From Nitrospinota bacterium (GTDB lineage: Bacteria > UBA8248), in assembly GCA_029937135.1 (NCBI GenBank), contig JAPYQX010000001.1, forward strand, positions 5,790-69,789: 64,000 bases of DNA, written 5' to 3'. The notes beneath the pieces are model-generated. The model saw only the letters and a program-made list of their open reading frames with translations. It ran no database searches and had not been told where the DNA came from. A program made the translations under genes and the position numbers. Below are positions 18,487 through 27,725 of this stretch, in pieces; the first letter of the stretch is position 1, and each line of letters starts with the position of its first letter.

Positions 18487-20079
18487 ATGTTCGACTTCCT
18501 TTTTCGCAATGCGCTTGTATATGACGGAAGCGGCGCGGATCCCTATGTCGGGGATTTGGCGGTCGAAGGGGAAATCATCGCCGAGATCGCTCCGGTGGGC
18601 GCTCAAAACGCCCGCTGGGTTATCGACGCCGAGGGTTTGGCCCTCACCCCCGGTTTTATCGATATCCACGGCCACTCCGATTATTACCTCTTGATGAACC
18701 CCACGGCCGAGGCCAAGGTTCGCCAGGGAGTGACGACCGATGTCGGCGGGAATTGCGGTTATTCCGCCGCCCCTATCGGCGGGATGGAGCTCGAGGAGCG
18801 CCGCTCGTATTACCGCGAGCAGTTCGGTTTGGAGATTCCCTTTTCGCGCCTTGATGAGTACCTCCGCCATGTCGAGGACATTGGCGTGTCGGTGAACTAC
18901 GCCCCCCTTATCGGCCACAACACTCTCCGCGCCACCGTGATGGGAGGAAGTGATCGGCCCGCGGGGCCGGACGACCTCGCCCGGATGGATCGTCTGGTTG
19001 ATGAGGGAATGCGGGCGGGCGCTTTCGGTCTTTCAACCGGCCTGGTTTATGCCCCGGCCTGTTTCGCTGATCGCTCGGAGTTGACGGCTCTATCCAGAAC
19101 CGCCTCGCGGCATGGCGGTTTGCTCGCTACCCATATGAGGAGCGAGGGCGCCGGGCTTTTGGAGTCGATCGAGGAAGTTATCGAAATCGCCCGGAACGCC
19201 GCGCTTCCCCTTCAAATCAGCCACCTGAAAACCGCGGGAGAGAAAAACTGGGATAAACTGGACGCGGCATTCGCGTTGATCGAAGGGGCGAGGTCGTCGG
19301 GTCAGGACGTTACCTGCGACCGATATCCTTATATAGCGTCGAATACCCATCTGAGTGCCCTGCTGCCCGATTGGGTCCATAATGGCCAGTTGGATGAGAA
19401 ATTGGCCCGGCTGCGCGAGCCCGCTAGCAGAAACCGGATTCGCGGCGAATTGATGGAAACTTATCCGGGCGCGGATTATTGGGATCGCGTTTTGATCAGC
19501 CGGGTCCTTACGGAGGAAAACAGTTTTTGCGAGGGGCTCACCGTGGCGGGGCTCGCGGAAAAAAGAGGGGTCGATTCACCGGAAGCGATGATGGATCTCC
19601 TTGCCGAAGAAAAGCTGTCCGTTGAAATCCTCATCTTCATGATGAACGAGGAAAACATGCGCCGGGTCATGGAAAAACCCTATGTGATGGTCGGCTCGGA
19701 TTCCGCCGCTTTAACTCATGAGCCTCCCCTGGGGTCGGGGAGACCCCACCCGAGGAATTTCGGGACGTTCCCGGCGGTGCTGGGAAATCTGGCGAGAGAC
19801 GAAGGGCTGTTTTCTTTTTCCGAAGCGATACGAAAGATGACCTCCGCTCCCTGTGATCGGCTGGGTATAAACAATCGCGGAAGATTGGCGGCCGGGATGA
19901 AAGCCGATCTTGTTCTTTTGGACCCCGAGCGGATTCTGGATACGGCGACTTATGATAAGCCTGTTTCCTACCCCGCCGGAATACGGATGGTTCTCGTGAA
20001 CGGTGAAGCTGTAGTCGAAGACGGAGAGCACACAGGAGCCCGCCCCGGCCGGGCGCTCCGCAAATGGGATTCAAGATAA
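18487..20079 (+). CDS. N-acyl-D-amino-acid deacylase (D-aminoacylase) family amidohydrolase
   Basis: GFIDIHGHSD and DRYPY motifs, 530 aa. Confidence 0.85.
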   Translation: MFDFLFRNALVYDGSGADPYVGDLAVEGEIIAEIAPVGAQNARWVIDAEGLALTPGFIDIHGHSDYYLLMNPTAEAKVRQGVTTDVGGNCGYSAAPIGGMELEERRSYYREQFGLEIPFSRLDEYLRHVEDIGVSVNYAPLIGHNTLRATVMGGSDRPAGPDDLARMDRLVDEGMRAGAFGLSTGLVYAPACFADRSELTALSRTASRHGGLLATHMRSEGAGLLESIEEVIEIARNAALPLQISHLKTAGEKNWDKLDAAFALIEGARSSGQDVTCDRYPYIASNTHLSALLPDWVHNGQLDEKLARLREPASRNRIRGELMETYPGADYWDRVLISRVLTEENSFCEGLTVAGLAEKRGVDSPEAMMDLLAEEKLSVEILIFMMNEENMRRVMEKPYVMVGSDSAALTHEPPLGSGRPHPRNFGTFPAVLGNLARDEGLFSFSEAIRKMTSAPCDRLGINNRGRLAAGMKADLVLLDPERILDTATYDKPVSYPAGIRMVLVNGEAVVEDGEHTGARPGRALRKWDSR

Positions 20080-23000
20080 TGGGCCTCTATTCCTCCCTGT
20101 CCCTGGTTGGCGCGATGGCGGTTAGTGCGCTCATCGCCATCTGGCTGTTCTACAAGCGCTCGCACAGGGATGATTTTCCCGAGGAAACCTGGGACCCCTA
20201 CTTTGACAAAAATCAGATCGGCGGTGGGGAAAATCCCGAAAGAGAGATCGAAGATATCTCCGGAAGGGGGGCCGGGGATGCCGCCGCGCCAGGTCTTGAA
20301 CCGGCATCTGAAAATCCGCCCGTCCCGGCCTCCAATGCGCTGGAGGATCGAATTCGGGGACTCAGGGATGAGATGTCTTCTCCGGGAGAGGACACCGACG
20401 AAGTATATGAATTCGGAGACAGCAAGAACCCCGTTCCCGAATTTGATCTCGGTCTCGACGATCAGGTGGAACAGATTGGCGGCGGCCCTGTTTCTCCCGA
20501 AAAACCCGATACAGACCGCGAAACGGCTGATCTCGCCTACGCCGCGGGTGAGGCGGAGGACGATTTCTCCGTTCCTGGAAGCCCGATTGAAACGCCCGCT
20601 CATCCACAGGGCGTATCGTCCGGTTTTGGCGGCCCGGAGGATTTTGAACCTGATTTGAATGAAAAAGCCGCCGCCTCTTCTCCGGGCGTCCCGTGGTGGG
20701 AGGGGCTTCCCGCCGCCAAGGAAGTTGTTTTCCAGAGAGGTGTGGCGGAACTGATGGGGATGACCGTCATCGATCCCCCGGGGCGGGCCGAGGCGGGTCC
20801 CGGCGAAGCCTCTACACTCGAAGCATCGACTCTTGAAGCATCGCCTCCCGAAACATCGGCTCTCGAAGCCTCGGAGACCTTCAATATGCCCGGCGATATG
20901 GCGGCGGATTCAATTCCCCCGGAAGGAGTGGATGAAGCCGAGGAGCCGCCCGCCCCGGAATTCGCCGGAGCGCCGCCCTTCGGGGAGGAAGATTCGGAGA
21001 CGCCGCGTTCCTTTGAGGAAGAAGCTTTCGAGGAAGATGAATCCCCCGTCCCGGCGCCCGCTCCGGAGGAGCAGCCCCCCGGCGAGCCGGTTTCTATATC
21101 GGACGAATCCGTGCCCACCCAAGAAATCCCGGCTGTGGATGAAGGTGATGAGTCGTCCTTTACCCTTGATTCCTTGTCGTTCGGTGACGAGCCGGACGAG
21201 GCTCCCGTGATGTACGAGGCCGAAAGCGCCACCAACCGGGCGGAAGACGGCGGATTCGCCGAACCGGGCGTCGATCAAGAAGACGTGGCCGGAGAGGGGC
21301 TTGCCCCGAAGGAGCCCGCTTTTGAGGAATCATCGGAGCAGGTTTCGTTAACCAGCGAGCCAGTCCCGGAAGAGCCGGTCGGTGCTCCCGAAAACCTCAG
21401 TGAATCTCCCTCCCCCGGCGAATCCGCTTCCACCCAAGAAATCCCGGCTGTGGATGAGGGTGATGGGTCGTCCTTTACCCTTGATTCCTTGTCGTTCGGT
21501 GACGAGCCGGACGAGGCTCCCGTGATGTACGAGGCCGAAAGCGCGCCCGCCCCTGTGGGAGAGGAGGAAATTTCGCTTTCGTCTCCCTCGGACAGCGAAT
21601 CCTCCGAAGCGATTGGTAACTTTCTCGCGGAGACTGAACCGCCTCCCTCCGCTCCGGGCGCTCCGGGCGCGGAGAGCGATTTCGTGGACGATGAGATTGA
21701 ACCTGCTCAGGAGACCGTAACCGAAGGGGAAATTTCTCCCGAACCGGAAGATGAAAGTTTCTCGAGTTTGGGAGAGTCCGAGGAAAAGCCCATGGCTTTC
21801 GATCTTGCCGCCGAGGGGTCGGAGTTCATCGATTCCGATGAATCGGCGCAAGAGCTGCCCACCGATCTTGGAGACGAAAAATTCGCATCTCATGAACCGG
21901 AGGAATTTTCCGCGGCATCCACCGGGCCGGTGGAGCCCGCCGGGCTTGGGGCGGAGGAAAGCGCTCCCGGCGATGAGCTGGAAAAAATTTCCAAAGACTC
22001 CGCCGAGGCAATCCTCGATCCCGAAGAGCTTGAGGAAGAGACGGAGCCTGAAGAAGAGCCCGCCGGCGCCGGCAGCGAACCCGTTCAAACAGAAGAAGCA
22101 TCAACGGGGGCGGTTCTCGATCCGATGGAGATGGAAGAGGAGCCTCCTGAACGGGCAATTGATTCGGAATCGTTCGAGGCCGAACCCGCGCCTCACTCTT
22201 TCGTCCAGCCGGATGACGCCCTGCCCGCCGCCGAACCGGAGGGACCTGCCCCGGAGGGACCTGTATCTGAGGAGCCCGAACCGCCGGAGCCCGTTTCGGG
22301 AGGATATGTCCCGGAGGAGTCTCTTGATGTTTTCTCCGTTCTGGAGCAGGAGCGCTCCGAAACCCCGGAGAGCATGCCGCAGGAATCGATTGGAAACGCG
22401 GCTCTTTTTGAGGATTTCGGCGATGAGAGGGCCGAGCCGCCGGAACCCCACGCCGCCGGGTGGGGCGGCGATCCTGCCGGGGCTGGAGGCGATTCCGAAG
22501 ATGCTTCCCGGAGAGAATTTGACTCGGAGGAAATCCCGGCCCAATCCGAAGAAGTCGAAGCAGAGCCCCCCCGGGAAGGAAAAATTCCTGCCGAGGAAGC
22601 GCTGGAACCAGCCATTTCTCCCCGGCCGGCCCCGCCTTCACTGCCGGCCATTACTCCCTTAACGGGTGGGTCGATGCCCGAAATTGTGCGGAATTTTATC
22701 GCCAATTATTGTCCTGACGATCTTCTGTTGATTGAAGAGGAGTGGGATACCCTTCCTGGTGGTATTGATAAAGTCGCCGCTTCCGCCTGGAAAGATATAC
22801 AGGAGCGTCTGGAAGCGCGCCAGGAAGTTGATGAGGCGGAATTTCTCCGAATCGGCCTCCTTGAATATTTGATGGGCGATCATGATGCCGCCTTGGCTCA
22901 TCTGAAAGAGTCGCTTCGGCGGGCTAAGCGCATGGGCCCGGTTTTAAATGCTCTTGGCGCGACCAGCTTTGCACGGGGGAAAATCGACCCGGCGATTTCT

Positions 23001-23819
23001 TATTGCCGGGAAGCGGTCCGGGAGGCGGGGCCGGACATGAAAATGCTGGTTGCCATCAACCGGAATCTGGGGGTTCTCTACCAAACCAAGGGCGAGTTCG
23101 GGCGCGCGGCCGAGGCGATTGCCTCGGCTATCAAGTTCGTGAGGTCCGAGGGAAGCCCCGGGATGTTGGCGAACCTTCATCTCCGGGCGGGGCAGTTGTT
23201 CCGGAAACTCGGGGACGCCGAAGCCGCCAGGCATCATCTTTCCGAGTCGGCGCATTTGTTCCTTCGTGCGGGCGACGATGCCGCGCGAATCAGGTCGCTT
23301 GTGGCGCTCGCCGCCGCGCAGACGAGATTAAACGAAATTGACGAGGCGCTCAAGAATCTGAACGAAGCGGCCTTGATGTGCCGAAGGGCGGGGGACAAAA
23401 ACGGAGAGGCCCTGGTCATGGGGCAGATGGGAATCGCCTACTCCGCCCAGGAGCAATATACCAGGGCGCTTGAATTTTATGAGAATGCCATTTCCCTCAA
23501 CCGAGAGCTTGAAAATCGCAAGGGGGAAGGGGCCAACCTCAGCAACATTGGGAACATTCATTATTTCAGGGGCGATTTCGACGAGGCGCTTTCCGCCTAC
23601 GACGAGGCGCTCGTGATTAATATCGAGCAGGATCATCTCATCGGGCAAGCCACGATTATGGGGAACCTGGGAAGAATTTATCTCGAGCAAGGGAGGGTGG
23701 AAGAGGCGATCGCGCGGCTGAAAGAATCGCTGGAAATATTCAAGCCCTTTGCCGCTGATAGCCAGATGGAAAATATACGGGAAATGCTGGCCGAGGCGGC
23801 CCGCACCCGGGATCAATAA
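20079..23819 (+). CDS. membrane-anchored, extremely acidic low-complexity protein with C-terminal TPR domain (HubP/FimV-like architecture)
   Basis: ATG overlaps the upstream stop (TAATG). The N-terminal TM helix is MGLYSSLSLVGAMAVSALIAIWLF. About 850 aa of E/P/S/A/D-rich sequence with internal repeats follow. The last 350 aa or so form TPR repeats. Confidence 0.8.
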   Translation: MGLYSSLSLVGAMAVSALIAIWLFYKRSHRDDFPEETWDPYFDKNQIGGGENPEREIEDISGRGAGDAAAPGLEPASENPPVPASNALEDRIRGLRDEMSSPGEDTDEVYEFGDSKNPVPEFDLGLDDQVEQIGGGPVSPEKPDTDRETADLAYAAGEAEDDFSVPGSPIETPAHPQGVSSGFGGPEDFEPDLNEKAAASSPGVPWWEGLPAAKEVVFQRGVAELMGMTVIDPPGRAEAGPGEASTLEASTLEASPPETSALEASETFNMPGDMAADSIPPEGVDEAEEPPAPEFAGAPPFGEEDSETPRSFEEEAFEEDESPVPAPAPEEQPPGEPVSISDESVPTQEIPAVDEGDESSFTLDSLSFGDEPDEAPVMYEAESATNRAEDGGFAEPGVDQEDVAGEGLAPKEPAFEESSEQVSLTSEPVPEEPVGAPENLSESPSPGESASTQEIPAVDEGDGSSFTLDSLSFGDEPDEAPVMYEAESAPAPVGEEEISLSSPSDSESSEAIGNFLAETEPPPSAPGAPGAESDFVDDEIEPAQETVTEGEISPEPEDESFSSLGESEEKPMAFDLAAEGSEFIDSDESAQELPTDLGDEKFASHEPEEFSAASTGPVEPAGLGAEESAPGDELEKISKDSAEAILDPEELEEETEPEEEPAGAGSEPVQTEEASTGAVLDPMEMEEEPPERAIDSESFEAEPAPHSFVQPDDALPAAEPEGPAPEGPVSEEPEPPEPVSGGYVPEESLDVFSVLEQERSETPESMPQESIGNAALFEDFGDERAEPPEPHAAGWGGDPAGAGGDSEDASRREFDSEEIPAQSEEVEAEPPREGKIPAEEALEPAISPRPAPPSLPAITPLTGGSMPEIVRNFIANYCPDDLLLIEEEWDTLPGGIDKVAASAWKDIQERLEARQEVDEAEFLRIGLLEYLMGDHDAALAHLKESLRRAKRMGPVLNALGATSFARGKIDPAISYCREAVREAGPDMKMLVAINRNLGVLYQTKGEFGRAAEAIASAIKFVRSEGSPGMLANLHLRAGQLFRKLGDAEAARHHLSESAHLFLRAGDDAARIRSLVALAAAQTRLNEIDEALKNLNEAALMCRRAGDKNGEALVMGQMGIAYSAQEQYTRALEFYENAISLNRELENRKGEGANLSNIGNIHYFRGDFDEALSAYDEALVINIEQDHLIGQATIMGNLGRIYLEQGRVEEAIARLKESLEIFKPFAADSQMENIREMLAEAARTRDQ
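21116..21229 (+). repeat. copy A of a 114-bp near-identical intragenic repeat (encodes TQEIPAVDEGDESSFTLDSLSFGDEPDEAPVMYEAESA)
   Basis: Two mismatches against copy B, which lies 315 bp downstream. Confidence 0.9.
21431..21544 (+). repeat. copy B of the 114-bp intragenic repeat
   Basis: See copy A. Confidence 0.9.
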
Positions 23820-23862
23820 TTGGCCGTTTGAAATTTTTCGCGGTTTGCCCCGTTGGTTTTAT

Positions 23863-24373
23863 CTAACCTCCCACGAGAACATCGGTCTCGCGGAGTTTCC
23901 TGGAAAGCTCTTTCGCCAAATGAGTAGCGATCTTGAAGCCCAGCGAGGGCAGGGTGTCGGCCAAAATGTCGCGTTCTATCGAAAAAAGCAATGTTTCCCT
24001 GGCGGCCTCCGCAGTGGCGACACGGGGCGCTTCCTCGAGAATCGCCATCTCCCCGAAACAATCTCCTTGTTTAAGTCTCGAAAGTTCGGTTATGCCGCGC
24101 CGTATGATCACCTCTCCATAAACGATCACGTAAAAACAATTTCCCAAGTCGCCCTGGTCGAATATCGTTTGGCCGGGCTCGTACGATCTGCGTCCGCAGA
24201 GTTTCAATATCCAGGTAATTTCCCTCTCGTCCATCACGGAGAAAAAAATCGTAATTCTCCCGGAGCTTGGCAATGAGTTCGGTGACCGGGGATATTCCTT
24301 CGCGCGTCAATTGAAAACCTCGTTCTTTCTGCGGGACATCGCCCGAGTTGTAGTTCGTTTTCTCCTTGCTCAT
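23863..24373 (-). CDS. cyclic nucleotide-binding domain protein, apparently interrupted by a +1 frameshift at an A7 tract (24242-24248)
   Basis: The core cNMP-binding domain (FDQGD...FGEMAILEEAPR..) lies in ORF 23863..24273. A strong RBS (GGAGGGGGAGGAG) and ATG at 24373 open a second frame whose product (..ELIAKLRENYDFF) continues seamlessly into the domain (SVMDEREITW..) if one A is removed. Confidence 0.6.
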
Positions 24374-24499
24374 GACTCCTCCCCCTCCGTGCCCGTTTCA
24401 GGCAAGAGCTGACGTATGAAATATAAATTAAAAAGAAGGAACTTTCATGACTTTTCGTGTAAGCGGGGTCACTTTTAGCGAGGGTTGGGGTTGGAGAAA

Positions 24500-25087
24500 T
24501 TACAGTTTTTTGACTTTTTCTTTTATGACGTTGAGTTGTCTTTGCATCAACTTGATGGTTTCGTTCGAATCGCGGAGCTTTTCGGAAAGTTGGCGTGCGA
24601 TGCTCGCTATGACCTTGTTGCCAAAAGTCGGCATTTTGGAATAGAGAATCGTCTTTGAAATGGAAAAAGGAAGGAGGGTTCCGAAGCCATCGCGGACGCC
24701 GTACGCCTCGCATCGTCGAGCAGGGCCATTTCACCAAAGACCATTCCGGGTCTCATTCGGGCGACCTCCTTGTCTCCGACGGTGATAATGATCTCGCCCG
24801 AAACAACCAGGTAAAATTCATTTCCGTGTTCGCCTTCCTTGAAAACCCTGCTCCCGGAATTGAAATTTTCCCTTTTGCAAAGTTTCAGGAATTGGCCCAC
24901 CTCCATCCCCTCCATCTCGGAGAAGAAGGGGGTAGTTTTTCTAAAGTTTTTGAATCAGGTTCAGCAGCGCTTTCGGAATGGATTTTTCGAACTTGATTCT
25001 CTGAGCCATGAGGTTCGGAGCCGCGGGAGCCGCCGGAGTCACCGGGGCACCGGGTTTGGGATTTCCTTTTCCAGCGGGCATGTTCAT
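24500..25087 (-). pseudogene. second cNMP-binding domain paralog, split by two frameshifts at homopolymers (T5 at 24947-24951 and A5 at 24664-24668)
   Basis: Three consecutive ORF pieces (24941..25087, 24607..24915, and a third frame ending in TAA at 24500-24502) align end to end with paralog 1. ..ALLNLIQ | KTTPFFSEMEGMEV..FGEMALLDDARRTASAMASEPSFLF | SISKTILYSKMP..IARQLSEKLR.. Confidence 0.5.
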
Positions 25088-25271
25088 TACTCTTCGCTCC
25101 CCGAGAGATGAATGCGGGTTTGAAGGAAGCACGAAAAAATCATTTCGCCTGCTCCGCTGGTATCGTTAAAATCCAGTTACTTCGCGTTCAATCCACATCA
25201 GCCTGAAAGATATACCTTAAAAAAAGGATGGTACAACTATTAGAATTTTAATAGTTACGAATAAACAAACA

Positions 25272-25287
25272 AGAAATTCGAATTTCT
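25272..25287. promoter_or_regulatory. 16-bp perfect palindrome AGAAATTCGAATTTCT in the AT-rich region upstream of the cNMP-paralog genes
   Basis: Directly visible. It lies 1 nt past the stop of the M20 peptidase gene. Half-sites GAAATTC(G/A) recur at 16370, 16395 and 16517. Confidence 0.4.
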
Positions 25288-25288
25288 A

Positions 25289-26464
25289 CTAGGTTAGGGC
25301 ATATTTTTCGGTAATTCCCGCGAGAATGACGGCGGACATGCGAAGTTCCTCCACCTCGACATATTCGTCGGGACCGTGCGCTTGCCCGATGTTTCCGGGC
25401 CCGAGTAGAAAACATTGAGAGTTTCCGGTGCGCGCGGCGGCGAGACCGGCGTCCGTGTAGTAGCTGACGCCGGCCGGCCGGGGCGGGGCGCCGGTGATTC
25501 CGGCGATGGCCTCACTGATGATTTTCCCTCCCGATCCCCGGAGGTCGGAGAGGACAGGGGGCCTATCGACCGAAAGGGTCCGGAGCGTGGCCGAGGCGCC
25601 CGGAACGTCCTTGCAAGCCTCCTCGGCCGCATCCAACAAAAAGGCGCTCACTTCGGGGATGGACAACGGCGGGATAAACCGGACATCCACCTCGATGCGG
25701 CAGCTGTCGGGGACGATATTGATTTTGCTTCCGCCCCGGATAACGCTCGTAACGATGGTGGTTTTTCCCAGTAAATCGTGGGTGGTATCCATCGAGGTGG
25801 CTAACTCCTCGAGTTGGACGAGGGTTCTCGCCGCCGCCTGAATAGCGTTCGCGCCTAATTGGGGGGTGGCGGCGTGGGCGCTGCGTCCGGAGAAGAGCAA
25901 CTCGAACCACATCGCGCCCTTTTGTGCTGTTTTCAGCTCAAGGCCCGTGGGCTCACAGGAAATGACGACATCCTCCTTCGTGATTCGCCCGATATCCACC
26001 GCCTTCGACACCCCTTGCATCCACTGGCATTCCTCGTCCACCACAAGGCAGGTTCTAATCGGCCGCCGGAGCTTCGCCCCCCGGTCAAGTCTCGCTTTCA
26101 GGGATTTAACGGCGATCAGGGCGGCGGCCAGGCCGCCTTTCATATCGCATGCGCCGCGTCCCCACAGCTTCCCCCCGGAGACCTCCGCTGAAAACGGATC
26201 GCGCGTCCAGCCTTCCCCGGCGGGAACGGTGTCCATGTGATTCAGGAAAACGAGTGCCGGGGCGGTTGAAGACGCGCTTAATTCGGCGGTGATATTCTGG
26301 CGCCCGTCGATGACCTCATCGCGCTGGACATCGAGGCCCAGCCCCCGAAGGAAAGCTTCGGTGCGCTCCATCATATCGGCTTCGGTTCCGCCGGGGTTCT
26401 CGCTCCGGAGCCGCACGAGTTCGCGGGTCAGCGAAACGGTCTCGTCAATTAGCTTGCTGTCCAT
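25289..26464 (-). CDS. M20-family peptidase (ArgE/DapE-like deacylase)
   Basis: Start MDSKLIDETV. HMDTVP, GRGACDMKGG and EEC metal-ligand motifs. Confidence 0.85.
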   Translation of the reverse strand: MDSKLIDETVSLTRELVRLRSENPGGTEADMMERTEAFLRGLGLDVQRDEVIDGRQNITAELSASSTAPALVFLNHMDTVPAGEGWTRDPFSAEVSGGKLWGRGACDMKGGLAAALIAVKSLKARLDRGAKLRRPIRTCLVVDEECQWMQGVSKAVDIGRITKEDVVISCEPTGLELKTAQKGAMWFELLFSGRSAHAATPQLGANAIQAAARTLVQLEELATSMDTTHDLLGKTTIVTSVIRGGSKINIVPDSCRIEVDVRFIPPLSIPEVSAFLLDAAEEACKDVPGASATLRTLSVDRPPVLSDLRGSGGKIISEAIAGITGAPPRPAGVSYYTDAGLAAARTGNSQCFLLGPGNIGQAHGPDEYVEVEELRMSAVILAGITEKYALT

Positions 26465-26522
26465 CGCGTCCTCCGGTGGAAACATCCGCGCCTGTCCGCC
26501 GCGAAAGCGTTTTATGTCTTTT

Positions 26523-27722
26523 CTAAAGCATCGAGAGATAATTCTTGCCGGGCGTTATGTTGCCCAGGATAACGGCCCGCTCCGCTCCCGTGGCCGCGGG
26601 GACATTGGCCGGCACTCCCCGCAGCGTTGCCCAGCCGAGGAGAGCGAAAGCGGCCGCCTCCACGGCGGTAGAATAAATTCCGCGCTCGGCGCTGGTCACC
26701 AGGGGGGCCGAGCCGAGCCCTTTCGCGAGCCGGTCCATCATCGAACGGTTGTTCACACCTCCTCCGCCCGCGATGAATTCCACCGGGGGCGAATCGGGGG
26801 GAAAGTGCTCGCGGACGGCGCGAACGATGCACTCCGCCGAAAATGCCGTCAAGGTGGCCATCTGATCCTCGGGGGCCATGCCGAGCCCGCCGAAAAGGAC
26901 AAGCGTCTCGTTTAAAAAAGTCTCGCCGAAGGCTTCGCGCCCGGTGCTCTTCGGCGGCGGAAGCTTCAGATAAGGATGGTTCATGAGGGAGGCGAGCGCT
27001 TCTTCGTTTACCCGGCCTCTCACAGCCGATTCGCCGCCGCGATCAAAGCGCTCCTTTCCCCCCGAAAGTTTCCAGGCCAGCGCGTCGATCGCCATATTCG
27101 CGGGCCCGGCATCGAAGCCGGTGAGCCCCTTTTCATTCGCCGGAGGGATGTAGGTGATGTTCGATATTCCGCCGAGGTTGATGAACGCTGTTGACTTGTC
27201 CGCGCGCCCGAAGAGAATCTGGTGCGCCCAGGGGGTGAGGGGTGCGCCCATGCCGCCCGCCGCTACGTCGCGTGCGCGAAAATCCGAGACAATTGTGCTG
27301 CCCGTCCGCTCCGCGATTACGGCGGGGTCCCCGATCTGGAGCGTCGAGGGTAGAAGCCGCCCCCCGGGGCCTTCGCCTCCCCCGGGCAGGTGACGCACCG
27401 TCTGACCATGACTGCCGATGAAGTCCACCTTGTTCGGCGCCACCCCCGAGGACTCCATCAGGGCGATAGCGGCCCCGGCGAAGGCGTCGCCGATCTCGCG
27501 GTGAAGCGAGCAAATTTCCCCGGTGAGGGCTCCGGGCTCCCCGCCCGCGCCGAGCACACGGCGCCGAAGCTCATCCGAATACGGAACGGACTCAAACGCC
27601 AGAACCTCAATCTCATGAGAGGGACCCGAGGCGATTCGCACCAATGCCGCGTCCACCCCGTCGGCCGAGGTTCCGGACATCAGGCCGATGGCGATATGGT
27701 CCCGCGCGGATGAATTATTCAT
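26523..27722 (-). CDS. anmK: anhydro-N-acetylmuramic acid kinase
   Basis: N-terminal GLMSGTSADGVD, 399 aa, full-length similarity pattern to AnmK. Confidence 0.9.
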   Translation of the reverse strand: MNNSSARDHIAIGLMSGTSADGVDAALVRIASGPSHEIEVLAFESVPYSDELRRRVLGAGGEPGALTGEICSLHREIGDAFAGAAIALMESSGVAPNKVDFIGSHGQTVRHLPGGGEGPGGRLLPSTLQIGDPAVIAERTGSTIVSDFRARDVAAGGMGAPLTPWAHQILFGRADKSTAFINLGGISNITYIPPANEKGLTGFDAGPANMAIDALAWKLSGGKERFDRGGESAVRGRVNEEALASLMNHPYLKLPPPKSTGREAFGETFLNETLVLFGGLGMAPEDQMATLTAFSAECIVRAVREHFPPDSPPVEFIAGGGGVNNRSMMDRLAKGLGSAPLVTSAERGIYSTAVEAAAFALLGWATLRGVPANVPAATGAERAVILGNITPGKNYLSML

Positions 27723-27725
27723 GCG

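Noticed and set aside
24071-24373. ORF 24071..24373 as an independent 100-aa gene
   Set aside because: Its downstream two-thirds run out of frame through a well-supported cNMP-binding domain. Only its first 33 codons plus the RBS look genuine, and they are best explained as the N-terminus of the frameshifted cNMP gene.
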